In this document: piece after piece, positions 1 to 8,288 of the stretch | Numbering within the stretch: position 1 is the first letter of the stretch | How the letters are laid out: each line of letters begins with the position of its first letter | NCBI GenBank assembly: GCA_002428525.1 | Contig: DIWU01000032.1 | Coordinates: 1,269-65,268 of the forward strand | Source of the DNA: a bacterium UBP14_UBA6098 | GTDB lineage: Bacteria > UBP14 > UBA6098 | Direction of reading: 5' to 3' | Length of the DNA: 64,000 nt | Translations under genes and position numbers: made by a program | Notes under the pieces: generated by a model | Told to the model about the DNA's origin: nothing | Databases searched by the model: none | What the model saw: only the letters and a program-made list of their open reading frames with translations

Positions 1-73
1 GAGGATTCGAACCTCCGAAGGCGTCGCCGACAGATTTACAGTCTGTTCCCTTTGGCCGCTCGGGAACCCCACC
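1..73 (-). tRNA. tRNA-Tyr (anticodon GTA), 3' end truncated by the window edge
   Basis: The reverse complement reads GGTGGGGTTCCCGAGCGGCCAAAGGGAACAGACTGTAAATCTGTCGGCGACGCCTTCGGAGGTTCGAATCCTC. It has a cloverleaf with a long variable arm, a CTGTAAA anticodon loop and a GGTTCGAATCC T-loop. It is nearly identical in architecture to E. coli tRNA-Tyr. Confidence 0.85.
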
Positions 74-97
74 CTAAAAGAGCAAAAGAATTTCAAC

Positions 98-169
98 AGC
101 CGACGGTGGGAATCGAACCCACAACCTGCGGTTTACAAGACCGCTGCTCTACCCTTGAGCTACATCGGC
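98..169 (-). tRNA. tRNA-Thr (anticodon TGT)
   Basis: The reverse complement reads GCCGATGTAGCTCAAGGGTAGAGCAGCGGTCTTGTAAACCGCAGGTTGTGGGTTCGATTCCCACCGTCGGCT. The 7-bp acceptor stem pairs, the anticodon loop CTTGTAA gives UGU, and the T-loop is GGTTCGATTCC. Confidence 0.85.
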
Positions 170-263
170 GAAATCGCCGGGTCACAGTTTCGCCAAATAA
201 ATACATCGGAGCCATAAAAGTCAAGGAATTTTTTTATTTTTTTAACTTTTTTTATTATTGTTG

Positions 264-292
264 TTGACTTTCGATATGTTCAGGAATATTAT
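264..292 (+). promoter_or_regulatory. sigma70-like promoter TTGACT-17-TATTAT upstream of the small Zn-ribbon ORF
   Basis: TTGACT sits at 264-269, a 17-nt spacer follows, and TATTAT sits at 287-292. It lies about 55 nt upstream of the GTG start at 347 and is divergent from the tRNA pair. Confidence 0.5.
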
Positions 293-346
293 AAAGCTCG
301 TTTTTAGCCCGGATAACGAAATCGATTGATTGTATAGGAGGAGATA

Positions 347-547
347 GTGGCCAAGAAACAGAAGAGTTTTACCGATAAAATCGCCAAGGGGACAGGTGTC
401 CGCGGGCAGGTTTGCCCCGTCTGCGAACAGGTCATTCGCGAGATCAAGGTCATCCGCGCGGCGCGGAACGAGGAAAAGGATTCGTGGCGATTTCTCGAGT
501 CGGTCGAGAAGGTTTGCAAATGCAACGAAAAGGAAGTCCTCGGTTAA
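347..547 (+). CDS. small hypothetical protein (66 aa) with CPVC...CKC cysteines, possibly a zinc ribbon
   Basis: It has a GTG start preceded by GGAGGAG, its own promoter and a strong downstream terminator. Cysteines are spaced CxxC...CxC. No family was recognised. Confidence 0.4.
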   Translation: MAKKQKSFTDKIAKGTGVRGQVCPVCEQVIREIKVIRAARNEEKDSWRFLESVEKVCKCNEKEVLG

Positions 548-578
548 GTTCCGTTGGGGACTCCCCTGCTATTATCGA

Positions 579-606
579 ACGGCCGAAACCTTTTCGGCCG
601 TTTTCT
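579..606 (+). terminator. rho-independent terminator
   Basis: ACGGCCGAAA-CCT-TTTCGGCCGT forms a 10-bp stem followed by TTTCT, immediately after the small ORF. Confidence 0.7.
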
Positions 607-718
607 ATTATGGATCGCTCTCCTTCTCATGCCGGCATAACGATTCCGAGCCTGCGAGAGGGATTCTCGAGCTCTGGAAAAAGTGTTTATTTTTTAACAA
701 AATAATATTTATTTCCGC

Positions 719-747
719 TTGAAATGGCCCGCGTAAATTTATATAAT
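719..747 (+). promoter_or_regulatory. near-consensus sigma70 promoter TTGAAA-17-TATAAT for the zapB-like/zapA operon
   Basis: TTGAAA is at 719-724, a 17-nt spacer follows, and TATAAT is at 742-747. The AGGGGG Shine-Dalgarno site and ATG at 795 follow. Confidence 0.65.
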
Positions 748-794
748 CTAAACAGAAAGCGAAACCAATTAGAGTAATATATTAGGGGGTTATA

Positions 795-1073
795 ATGGAT
801 TTGGCATATTTTCAGGCTCTCGAAGAGAAGGTCAACGGTCTTATAAACCGTATGGTCACGCTTCGCAACGAGAACAGCGAAATGGCTCAGGCTAACCGCC
901 TCCTCGAGGAGAAGATGCAGAACCTTATGGGCGAGATAACCCATCTTCGCGAGGAAAACGACAGGCTTAATTCCAAGGCGAGCGAGCTTTCCGCCTCGAG
1001 CGCTCACGATAACGAGATCGCAAGCCGTCTTCAAGAGATACTTCGCAAGATTGACGAGGTCGTCGAGGCTTGA
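795..1073 (+). CDS. coiled-coil cell-division protein, ZapB-like
   Basis: The 92-aa protein is entirely heptad-like coiled coil (LEEKVNGLINRMVTLRNENSEMAQANRLLEEK...). It sits immediately upstream of zapA, as is typical for ZapB-like partners. Confidence 0.5.
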   Translation: MDLAYFQALEEKVNGLINRMVTLRNENSEMAQANRLLEEKMQNLMGEITHLREENDRLNSKASELSASSAHDNEIASRLQEILRKIDEVVEA

Positions 1074-1089
1074 ATTTAGGACTATCGGG

Positions 1090-1398
1090 ATGATAGACGA
1101 AAACAGGAATAGCAAATCAACGATAAGAGTTAATATCTTCGGAAAAGAATATTCTATCCGAAGTAACGAAAATACCGAGTATGTCGCCGAGGTCGCGCGA
1201 TTCGTCGATAGCAAAATGATCGAGGTCGATCGGAGTATAGCCTCGTCCAATCCGGTGCAGGTCGCGGTTCTCGCGGCGATGAATATCACGGACGAGTTCT
1301 TTTCCGAGCGAAAAAAGACCGAGGATAATCTTTCCAAGGTCGATCAGCGATGCAAGGAGCTTATAGAACGGATTTCTTCGGTTCTACACCCGGATTAA
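1090..1398 (+). CDS. zapA: cell division protein ZapA
   Basis: IRVNIFGKEYSIRS...QVAVLAAMNITDEF matches the ZapA fold pattern (single strand then coiled coil). The start was moved to the internal ATG at 1090, after the upstream stop. Confidence 0.65.
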   Translation: MIDENRNSKSTIRVNIFGKEYSIRSNENTEYVAEVARFVDSKMIEVDRSIASSNPVQVAVLAAMNITDEFFSERKKTEDNLSKVDQRCKELIERISSVLHPD

Positions 1399-1500
1399 GC
1401 TGAAAATTCCCCTATCGTCTACCCTCCCCTCCGCTTTTCGAGCGGCGGTGTTTTTTATTTTGACCCGCCCCGAAAGATCATAGTCCTCCATTTACAAGTT

Positions 1501-1526
1501 TTGAAAACCATTGAAGGTCGTATAAT
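1501..1526 (+). promoter_or_regulatory. putative promoter for rny (TTGAAA-14/15-TATAAT, suboptimal spacer)
   Basis: TATAAT is at 1521-1526 and TTGAAA at 1501-1506. The spacer is short, so confidence is low. Confidence 0.3.
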
Positions 1527-1585
1527 CACTCGCAGGCTTATTTACTGCGGACGGCCGGATAGTTCGATATAAATCGGAGGTCATT

Positions 1586-3151
1586 TTGGAAGCGATCCTT
1601 ATCCCTGCAATCGTTGCAATATTAGGCCTTTTGGCGGGTGGAACTGTAGGCTGGATTATCGCCAGCAAGGCCGGTAAAAGCCGCCTTCGCGACGCCGAGG
1701 CCAAGGCCCAACAGATAATCGCCGAGGCAAACCACCGCTCGGAGATCCTCATCAAAGAGGCCGATCTCGCCGCAAGAGACAAATTAATTCAAATAAAACA
1801 AGATTTCGAGCGTGAAACTCAGACCAAACGGAACGAAATCATCCGTGAGGATAAAAAGCTCATTGAAAAAGAAAGCTCGATAGAACGAAAGATGGACCTC
1901 CTCCGAAAAAAGGAACGCGATATACAAACGCGCGAGCGCCTCACCGCGATAGAGGAAAAACAGCTTAAGTCCAAACAGAACGAACTCGACGATTTAATCG
2001 AGCATCAGAATAAACAGCTCGAGAAGGTCGCGATGATGAGCGCCGGCGAGGCCAAAGCGCTTCTTATGGAGAACCTCGAAAACGAGGCGCGTGCCGAGGC
2101 GGCCAAGATCATCAAGGATATCAAGGAAAGAGCCGAGGCAAACGCCGAACGCGAAGCCCGTCAGATCATCGTCGATTCGATTCAACGCTGTGCCGCGGAC
2201 ACCACCGCGGAATCGACGGTTAGTGTGGTCAGCCTTCCGACGGACGAGCTGAAGGGCAGAATTATCGGCAGAGAAGGCCGAAATATCAGAGCCTTCGAGA
2301 CCGCGACCGGTGTCGATGTCATTGTTGACGACACACCGGACACCGTTATTCTGTCTGCCTTCGACCCGATTCGCAGAGAAACCGCGCGAATCGCCCTCGA
2401 GAAGCTGATCGTCGATGGAAGAATCCACCCCGCAAGGATTGAAGAGGCCGTTAAAAAGGCCGAAAAGGAGATGGAGGTCATAATCCGCGAGGCCGGCGAA
2501 CAGGCCTGTTTCGAGGTGGGAATACACGATCTCGACCCCGAGCTGGTGAAACTCCTCGGTCGCTTGAAATACAGAACTTCCTACGGACAGAATGTTTTGC
2601 TCCACGCTATCGAGGTCGCCCATCTTTCGGGCTATATTGCCTCGATGCTCGAGCTGGATCCAATTATGGCAAAGCGTTGCGGCCTGCTCCACGATATAGG
2701 TAAATCGGTCGATAAAGGCCAAGAGGGAACACACACCGAACTTGGATATGCAATCGCGAGAAGGCATAATGAAAATCAGATTGTCCTCAATGCGATCCTA
2801 TCGCATCATGAGGATGTCGATGCCGAAACCCCCTATGCGATCATCACAAAGGCCGCCGATGCGATTTCTGGGGCTCGCCCCGGCGCTCGCAGGGAAACCT
2901 TGGAGAACTACGTCAAGCGCCTCGAGCGCCTCGAGAAGGTCGCGGACGGCTTCCCGGGAGTCGAGAAGTCCTACGCAATTCAGGCGGGCAGAGAGATTCG
3001 CGTGATAGTCGAACCGGAGGAGGTTAGCGACAAAGAATCCACGCTCATCGCTTCCGAGGTGGCACAGAAAATCCAAGAGGAACTCGAATACCCCGGTCAG
3101 ATCAAGGTGACGGTTATTCGCGAGACCCGAGCAGTCGATTACGCGAGATAA
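1586..3151 (+). CDS. rny: ribonuclease Y
   Basis: It has an N-terminal TM helix, a coiled coil, a KH domain (GRIIGREGRNIRAFE) and an HD domain (LLHDIGK...HHE). It has a TTG start with GGAGG upstream and is about 520 aa. Confidence 0.9.
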   Translation: MEAILIPAIVAILGLLAGGTVGWIIASKAGKSRLRDAEAKAQQIIAEANHRSEILIKEADLAARDKLIQIKQDFERETQTKRNEIIREDKKLIEKESSIERKMDLLRKKERDIQTRERLTAIEEKQLKSKQNELDDLIEHQNKQLEKVAMMSAGEAKALLMENLENEARAEAAKIIKDIKERAEANAEREARQIIVDSIQRCAADTTAESTVSVVSLPTDELKGRIIGREGRNIRAFETATGVDVIVDDTPDTVILSAFDPIRRETARIALEKLIVDGRIHPARIEEAVKKAEKEMEVIIREAGEQACFEVGIHDLDPELVKLLGRLKYRTSYGQNVLLHAIEVAHLSGYIASMLELDPIMAKRCGLLHDIGKSVDKGQEGTHTELGYAIARRHNENQIVLNAILSHHEDVDAETPYAIITKAADAISGARPGARRETLENYVKRLERLEKVADGFPGVEKSYAIQAGREIRVIVEPEEVSDKESTLIASEVAQKIQEELEYPGQIKVTVIRETRAVDYAR

Positions 3152-3154
3152 CCG

Positions 3155-3961
3155 ATGCGAGTCCTTTTCATCGGAGATATCTTCGGAAAACCCGGCAGGA
3201 TGGCCCTTTATGAGTATCTTACTGCGCTGAAGGAGGATTATTCGCCCGATTTCACCGTCGCAAATGCCGAGAATATCGCCGGCGGTTTCGGGATTACGGA
3301 CAATCTCTGCAAGAAGATATTCAAATACGGTGTCGATGTTATCACTACCGGCAATCATGTATGGGACAGGCCCGAGGCGGATGAGTTTCTCCAGAGGGAG
3401 AGGTTGATCCTTCGGCCTATTAATTTCCCCGAGGGAACTCCGGGATTCTCTTCGGCGATCGTCGAGAAGAGCGGAGGCCCGAAACTGGCGGTGATCAACG
3501 CTCAGGGGCGGATATTCATGCGCGCTATCGACGACCCCTTCAGAACTGTGCTTGCCGAGGTCGAGAGGCTCAGAGAGATAACACCCAATATACTTATCGA
3601 TTTCCACGCCGAGGCCACCTCCGAAAAGATGGCGATGGCCTATTTCCTCGACGGCAAGGTCAGCGCGGTTCTCGGAACACATACTCATGTCCAAACCGCG
3701 GACGAGCGCATCCTCGAACACGGCACCGCCGCAATTACCGATGCCGGCATGACCGGCCCTCACGATTCGATCATCGGGGTCAAATCCGAGCTTGCGCTCA
3801 AATTCGCGATGTCGGGGCGCAATGTCCGCTTCTCCCCCGCCGAGGGCAATGTCCGAATTCAGGGATGTATAGTCGATATCGAAGAGGCCACCGGCAAAGC
3901 CCAATCGATCGAAAGAATAGATATTAGCGTCGAGACAAATTTAAGTTCGGGAGAAGGGTGA
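3155..3961 (+). CDS. ymdB: YmdB-family metallophosphoesterase (2',3'-cyclic nucleotide phosphodiesterase-like)
   Basis: MRVLFIGDIFGKPGR...GNHVWD is the TIGR00282 signature. rny-ymdB synteny is conserved. Confidence 0.8.
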   Translation: MRVLFIGDIFGKPGRMALYEYLTALKEDYSPDFTVANAENIAGGFGITDNLCKKIFKYGVDVITTGNHVWDRPEADEFLQRERLILRPINFPEGTPGFSSAIVEKSGGPKLAVINAQGRIFMRAIDDPFRTVLAEVERLREITPNILIDFHAEATSEKMAMAYFLDGKVSAVLGTHTHVQTADERILEHGTAAITDAGMTGPHDSIIGVKSELALKFAMSGRNVRFSPAEGNVRIQGCIVDIEEATGKAQSIERIDISVETNLSSGEG

Positions 3962-4845
3962 TGTCAAACTCAAGCGAAGTGCTTTACACAAATCTCGGAA
4001 GAAAGCCCGATTATTCGGGAAAGGTGCGGGATATTTACGAACTCGGCGATAGGCTGATGATCGTCGCCACCGATAGGCTCAGCGCCTATGACCGAATCCT
4101 CCCGAATGGAATCCCCGAAAGAGGCAAAATCCTCACCGAGATGAGCGTCTTTTGGTTCAATATGATGTCGCCGCTCGTCCCAAATCACCTGATCTCGGCC
4201 GATGTGGCCGATTTTCCGCCCGAAATCGCAAAATACCGCGATCAGCTCGAAGGCCGGACGATGCTTTGCCGTAAAGCCCAAAGAGTCGATATCGAGTGCG
4301 TCGCGCGTGGATACCTCGCAGGTAGCGGATGGAAAGAGTATCGCCAGACCGGAAAGGTATGCGGTATCGAACTTCCCCCCGGGCTTCGCGAGTCGGATAG
4401 GCTCCCCGAGCCGATCTTCACGCCCGCAACCAAGGCCGAACAGGGCGAGCACGACATCAATATCTCGGTCGAACGGGCTGGAGAGCTTGTCGGAACCGAA
4501 CTTGCCTATCAGCTGAAAAAACTTACACTCGATATCTACTCCAAAGCCGCCGAGTTCGCTCTCTCGAAGGGTATTATAATCGCCGACACAAAGTTCGAGT
4601 TCGGCTTCATCGAGGGCAAACTCAGCCTCATAGACGAAATCCTCTCGCCCGACAGCAGTCGCTTCTGGGACGCGGAAACCTATGCCCCCGGCAAACCCCA
4701 AGACAGTTTCGATAAGCAGTTCGTCCGCGATTGGCTCACGAAAACAGGCTTCACCGGCGATGGAACTCCCCCCTCGCTTCCCAGCGAAGTCGTCCAAGGA
4801 ACACTCGAAAGATACTCGCAAGTCCGCGATCGATTGATAGGCTGA
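3958..4845 (+). CDS. purC: phosphoribosylaminoimidazole-succinocarboxamide synthase (SAICAR synthetase)
   Basis: GKVRDIYE...DRLSAYD... is the PurC signature. The gene overlaps the ymdB stop by 4 nt. Confidence 0.9.
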   Translation: MMSNSSEVLYTNLGRKPDYSGKVRDIYELGDRLMIVATDRLSAYDRILPNGIPERGKILTEMSVFWFNMMSPLVPNHLISADVADFPPEIAKYRDQLEGRTMLCRKAQRVDIECVARGYLAGSGWKEYRQTGKVCGIELPPGLRESDRLPEPIFTPATKAEQGEHDINISVERAGELVGTELAYQLKKLTLDIYSKAAEFALSKGIIIADTKFEFGFIEGKLSLIDEILSPDSSRFWDAETYAPGKPQDSFDKQFVRDWLTKTGFTGDGTPPSLPSEVVQGTLERYSQVRDRLIG

Positions 4846-4857
4846 CCGAAACCACCC

Positions 4858-4980
4858 CGCGTGCGGCGTCGGCCCGACCGAAGGTCGGCGCGGGGCGATC
4901 GAGAGGTAATTTCCAACAATAAGCGATCTGCGCCTCGACCGCCCCGCCGGCGTCCGAAGGACGCGCCGACGCCGCACGCG
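4858..4980. other. GC-rich nested inverted-repeat element (16-bp closing stem around two GAA-loop hairpins)
   Basis: CGCGTGCGGCGTCGGC (4858-4873) pairs with GCCGACGCCGCACGCG (4965-4980). Inner hairpins are CCGACC-GAA-GGTCGG (4874-4888) and GCGTCC-GAA-GGACGC (4950-4964). No T-tract follows. Confidence 0.5.
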
Positions 4981-5092
4981 ATCGCCGCAAGCTGTCGAGT
5001 TTATATCCAAAACCGATTTTGCTTGACTTTTTTTTATTAAAGAGTAGTTTTGCTTTCCGAAAAATAACAAATTTATGTTAAGAGAGGTTGAG

Positions 5093-6013
5093 ATGAAACG
5101 CGACTTTTTATCGATCGACGACTTGAATGCTAAGGAGATAAAGGATATCCTCGCCGGCGCGAAGGTTTTGAAGCACATGTCGAGTTGGGGCGACAACAGG
5201 CGTCCTCTCGAGGGGAAATCTGTTGCGCTTATCTTCCGCAAGCCGAGCCTCAGAACACGCGTCAGCTTCGATGTCGGTGTTTCGCAGTTCGGCGGACATC
5301 CGATAGTTATCTCGGACGCCGAGATCGGAATGGGCAAGCGCGAAACGGTGCATGATATTGCGAAGGTTCTTTCGCGTTATGTTTCCATGATCGTGATTCG
5401 CACCTTCGAGCAATCCGAGGTCGAGGAGTTGGCGAAGTATGCCGATGTTCCGGTTATCAACGCCTTAACGAATCTCCTTCATCCTTGCCAGATTATGGGC
5501 GATGCGCTTACAATCATGGAGCACAAGGGTTCTATCGACGGCATGAAGATCGCCTATGTCGGCGACGGCAATAATATTGTAAATAGCTGGTTGAATTTTG
5601 CAAAGAAGATCAAGATCGACCTTCGAATCGGGACCTCGGCCAACACGCATCCGGATACCGCAATCCTTTCGGCGGCGAAGGCGGCGGGTATGAGCCAGAT
5701 CACTCTCACTCACGACCCGATCGAGGCTGTGCGGGATGCCGATGTCGTTTATACAGATGTTTGGGCGAGTATGGGCGAGAAGGAAAGGGCCGCTGAAAAG
5801 GCCGCTCAGCTCGGAAATTTCCAGATTAACAGTGAGCTTATGAAAAACGCGTCACCGAACGCTATCGTGCTCCATTGTCTTCCGGCGGAACGCGGCCGAG
5901 AGATCACAGACGAGGTTATCGACGGACCGCAAAGCGTCGTCTTCGACGAGGCAGAAAACAGGCTTCATATACAGAAGGCGATTATGCAGTTCTTGACTAC
6001 CGGATTAGTCTAA
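5093..6013 (+). CDS. argF: ornithine carbamoyltransferase
   Basis: It has the SLRTR carbamoyl-phosphate motif, HPCQ and HCLPA motifs. The start was set to ATG 5093, which follows AGAGAGG. Confidence 0.9.
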   Translation: MKRDFLSIDDLNAKEIKDILAGAKVLKHMSSWGDNRRPLEGKSVALIFRKPSLRTRVSFDVGVSQFGGHPIVISDAEIGMGKRETVHDIAKVLSRYVSMIVIRTFEQSEVEELAKYADVPVINALTNLLHPCQIMGDALTIMEHKGSIDGMKIAYVGDGNNIVNSWLNFAKKIKIDLRIGTSANTHPDTAILSAAKAAGMSQITLTHDPIEAVRDADVVYTDVWASMGEKERAAEKAAQLGNFQINSELMKNASPNAIVLHCLPAERGREITDEVIDGPQSVVFDEAENRLHIQKAIMQFLTTGLV

Positions 6014-6032
6014 TCTATTATTAGACAATCGC

Positions 6033-7574
6033 TTAGGAGCCTCGCCAGTATTTTCTGTCGAGGCTTCTGTATTGTATGGCCTCGGAAACATGGTGCGGTG
6101 CGATCTCGGGCGAATCGTCGAGGTCGGCGATTGTTCGCGAAAGCTTTAGGATTCGGTCGTAAGCCCTCGCCGAGAGGCCGAGCTTTGTGATAGCCATTCG
6201 AATAAGGGCCTCGGAGGGCTCGTCGAGTTGGCAAAAAGTCCGAATGAGCTTTGTTCCCATATGCGCGTTGCAGAAGACCTTCTCGATGCCCCTGAATCTT
6301 TCGCTTTGGTGCCTTCGACTTCGTGAAACACGCTCGCGGATTTTGTCCGAATGGTCGCCGGAACTCGGGCCGGAGAGCTCGTGATACTTCACAGCCGGAA
6401 CCTCGATATGAATATCTATTCGATCTAAAAGCGGGCCTGATATCCTGCCGACATAGTTTTGAATCTGCGCCGGAGTGCAGGTGCATTCGTGGTAGGGATC
6501 GCCGAAATAGCCGCACGGACATGGGTTCATCGCCGCGACGAGTGTGAACTGCGAGGGAAAGGTCAGAGTCACCGCCGCTCTTCCGATCGTCACATGGCCG
6601 TCCTCCATGGGCTGGCGCATCACCTCGAGGACATTCTTCTTGAATTCGGGAAGCTCGTCGAGAAAGAGCACGCCGTGATGGGCAAGCGAGACCTCCCCCG
6701 GCCTCGGATAGACCCCGCCGCCGATGAGGCCGGCGTCCGAGATAGTGTGGTGCGGCGCTCTGAAGGGTCGTGTCGCGATGAGGGCCGTTTCACCGGGGAG
6801 TGTGCCGGCAACCGAGTGAATCTTTGTCGTCTCGAGCGATTCCTCGATAGAAAGAGGCGGGAGTATCGATGGGAAGCGCCTCGCGAGCATGGTCTTGCCC
6901 GACCCGGGGGGACCGATCATGAGGACATTATGCCCGCCCGCCGCGGCGACCTCGAGCGCGCGTTTGACATGATCTTGGCCGCGCACATCGCTAAAATCCG
7001 CCGAATATATACTCGCCGCTTGAAAAACATCCTGCACGCTCGCCTTGAAGGGATCGATGTCGAGATTCCCGCATATGAAATCGACGGCTTCCTTCAAGTT
7101 CGATACCGGATACACCGGCGCTCCCTGCGCGATAGCCGCTTCACGGGCGTTCGCCATCGGGACTATCATTCCGGCCGCTTTTTCCTTTTTTGCCAAAATC
7201 GAGATCGGAAGCATACCCCTAACCGGCGCGACCGAGCCGTCGAGCCCAAGCTCACCCGCAATATAATAGCCCTCGATATTCTGTAGCGGGATTATCCCGA
7301 TAGCCCCCAAAAGCCCTAAAGCTATCGGAAGATCGAAGGCGCTACCCTCTTTCTTGATATCCGCAGGGGCTAAATTGAGTGTGATCTTCCCCTGCGGAAA
7401 CGGTAGGCCGGCGTTCTTTATAGCGCTCATCACGCGCTCGCGGCTCTCCCTGACAGCGTTGTCCGGAAGGCCGACTACATTGAACGACGGCAACTTAGCC
7501 GAGACATCGGTCTCGACATCGACACGATATGCGTCGATTCCGAAAAGTGCGGCTGTGATAATTCGAGAAAACAT
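6033..7574 (-). CDS. comM: YifB/ComM-family Mg-chelatase-like AAA+ ATPase
   Basis: The N-terminal Lon-like domain is followed by Walker A GPPGSGKT and a C-terminal domain, about 510 aa. The gene is convergent with argF. Confidence 0.85.
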   Translation of the reverse strand: MFSRIITAALFGIDAYRVDVETDVSAKLPSFNVVGLPDNAVRESRERVMSAIKNAGLPFPQGKITLNLAPADIKKEGSAFDLPIALGLLGAIGIIPLQNIEGYYIAGELGLDGSVAPVRGMLPISILAKKEKAAGMIVPMANAREAAIAQGAPVYPVSNLKEAVDFICGNLDIDPFKASVQDVFQAASIYSADFSDVRGQDHVKRALEVAAAGGHNVLMIGPPGSGKTMLARRFPSILPPLSIEESLETTKIHSVAGTLPGETALIATRPFRAPHHTISDAGLIGGGVYPRPGEVSLAHHGVLFLDELPEFKKNVLEVMRQPMEDGHVTIGRAAVTLTFPSQFTLVAAMNPCPCGYFGDPYHECTCTPAQIQNYVGRISGPLLDRIDIHIEVPAVKYHELSGPSSGDHSDKIRERVSRSRRHQSERFRGIEKVFCNAHMGTKLIRTFCQLDEPSEALIRMAITKLGLSARAYDRILKLSRTIADLDDSPEIAPHHVSEAIQYRSLDRKYWRGS

Positions 7575-7624
7575 ATCATCCAGACTCAGTGGCGCGCAGA
7601 ACGAATGCGCTCCGAAGCGCCTTG

Positions 7625-7984
7625 TTAACAGGTTGCTTTAAAGCCCTCGTGAAAAAAGACAAAACCTTGCGGAAAAGTTCCATCAAACGAAAGAACGGAG
7701 AAAACCTCCGGCGGCACACCTTCGTGCGATAGCTCATCAATATTTTCAAAGCCGAATTGTCGATAGTATTGTGGGTGCCCGACAACACGGCCATTCACCT
7801 CTGCAACCAATGAAACTGTAAGCGCATTTGCGGATCTAAGTGCATCGACGATATAATGTTCCGTATGATTGCTGATCTCCATTTTTTCAAATGCCACACA
7901 AGTAACTTCCGAGATGGCGGGATGATCATCGCTCGTCTCGTCTCTGATCAATAACTCAAGCTTCGCCAAACTAATTGCCTCCAA
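7625..7984 (-). CDS. GNAT-like (YhbS-type) acetyltransferase remnant, apparently lacking the acetyl-CoA-binding core
   Basis: The N-terminal (SLVAEVNGRVVGH) and C-terminal (YYRQFGF) blocks resemble YhbS-type GNATs. The protein is only 119 aa and has no Q/RxxGxG/A motif. Confidence 0.45.
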   Translation of the reverse strand: MEAISLAKLELLIRDETSDDHPAISEVTCVAFEKMEISNHTEHYIVDALRSANALTVSLVAEVNGRVVGHPQYYRQFGFENIDELSHEGVPPEVFSVLSFDGTFPQGFVFFHEGFKATC

Positions 7985-8116
7985 TTGGCATTCTCAAACT
8001 ATTCAGTCAGTATTTGAATATACTCTCGATTTATAGCCCTGTAAAGCGCTTTCTGTAAATTCCGTATTCTTTTTGTCTCCATAAGATCCCGCAAACTGAC
8101 ACCCGCGCTCACAAAA

Positions 8117-8236
8117 GGGGGCTTCGGGCGAGCATGCTCGCACCGAAGCGGTCGGCGAACAATCTCGCAAGAACTGAAATCGCCGAGCCGACCGCTTCGG
8201 GCTGATCTGCGTATTCGCAGATCAGCCGAAGCCCCC
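8117..8236. other. highly structured GC-rich intergenic element (nested stems)
   Basis: The outer stem GGGGGCTTCGG (8117-8127) pairs with CCGAAGCCCCC (8226-8236). Inside are the palindrome GCGAGCATGCTCGC (8128-8141), a 14-bp stem (8143-8156 with 8187-8200) and a perfect 11-bp hairpin GCTGATCTGCG-TATT-CGCAGATCAGC (8201-8226). Confidence 0.55.
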
Positions 8237-8288
8237 GAGGCCTCTGCCGGCGCCGGATTTTCAAAATAGGTCGATTAGGTTAAATGAT

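Noticed and set aside
1994-3904. Minus-strand ORFs of 257 and 368 aa inside rny/ymdB
   Set aside because: They are antisense to conserved genes.
3970-5337. 455-aa minus-strand ORF across purC and the argF 5' end
   Set aside because: It is antisense to two well-supported housekeeping genes and spans the structured intergenic element, so it is a frame artefact.
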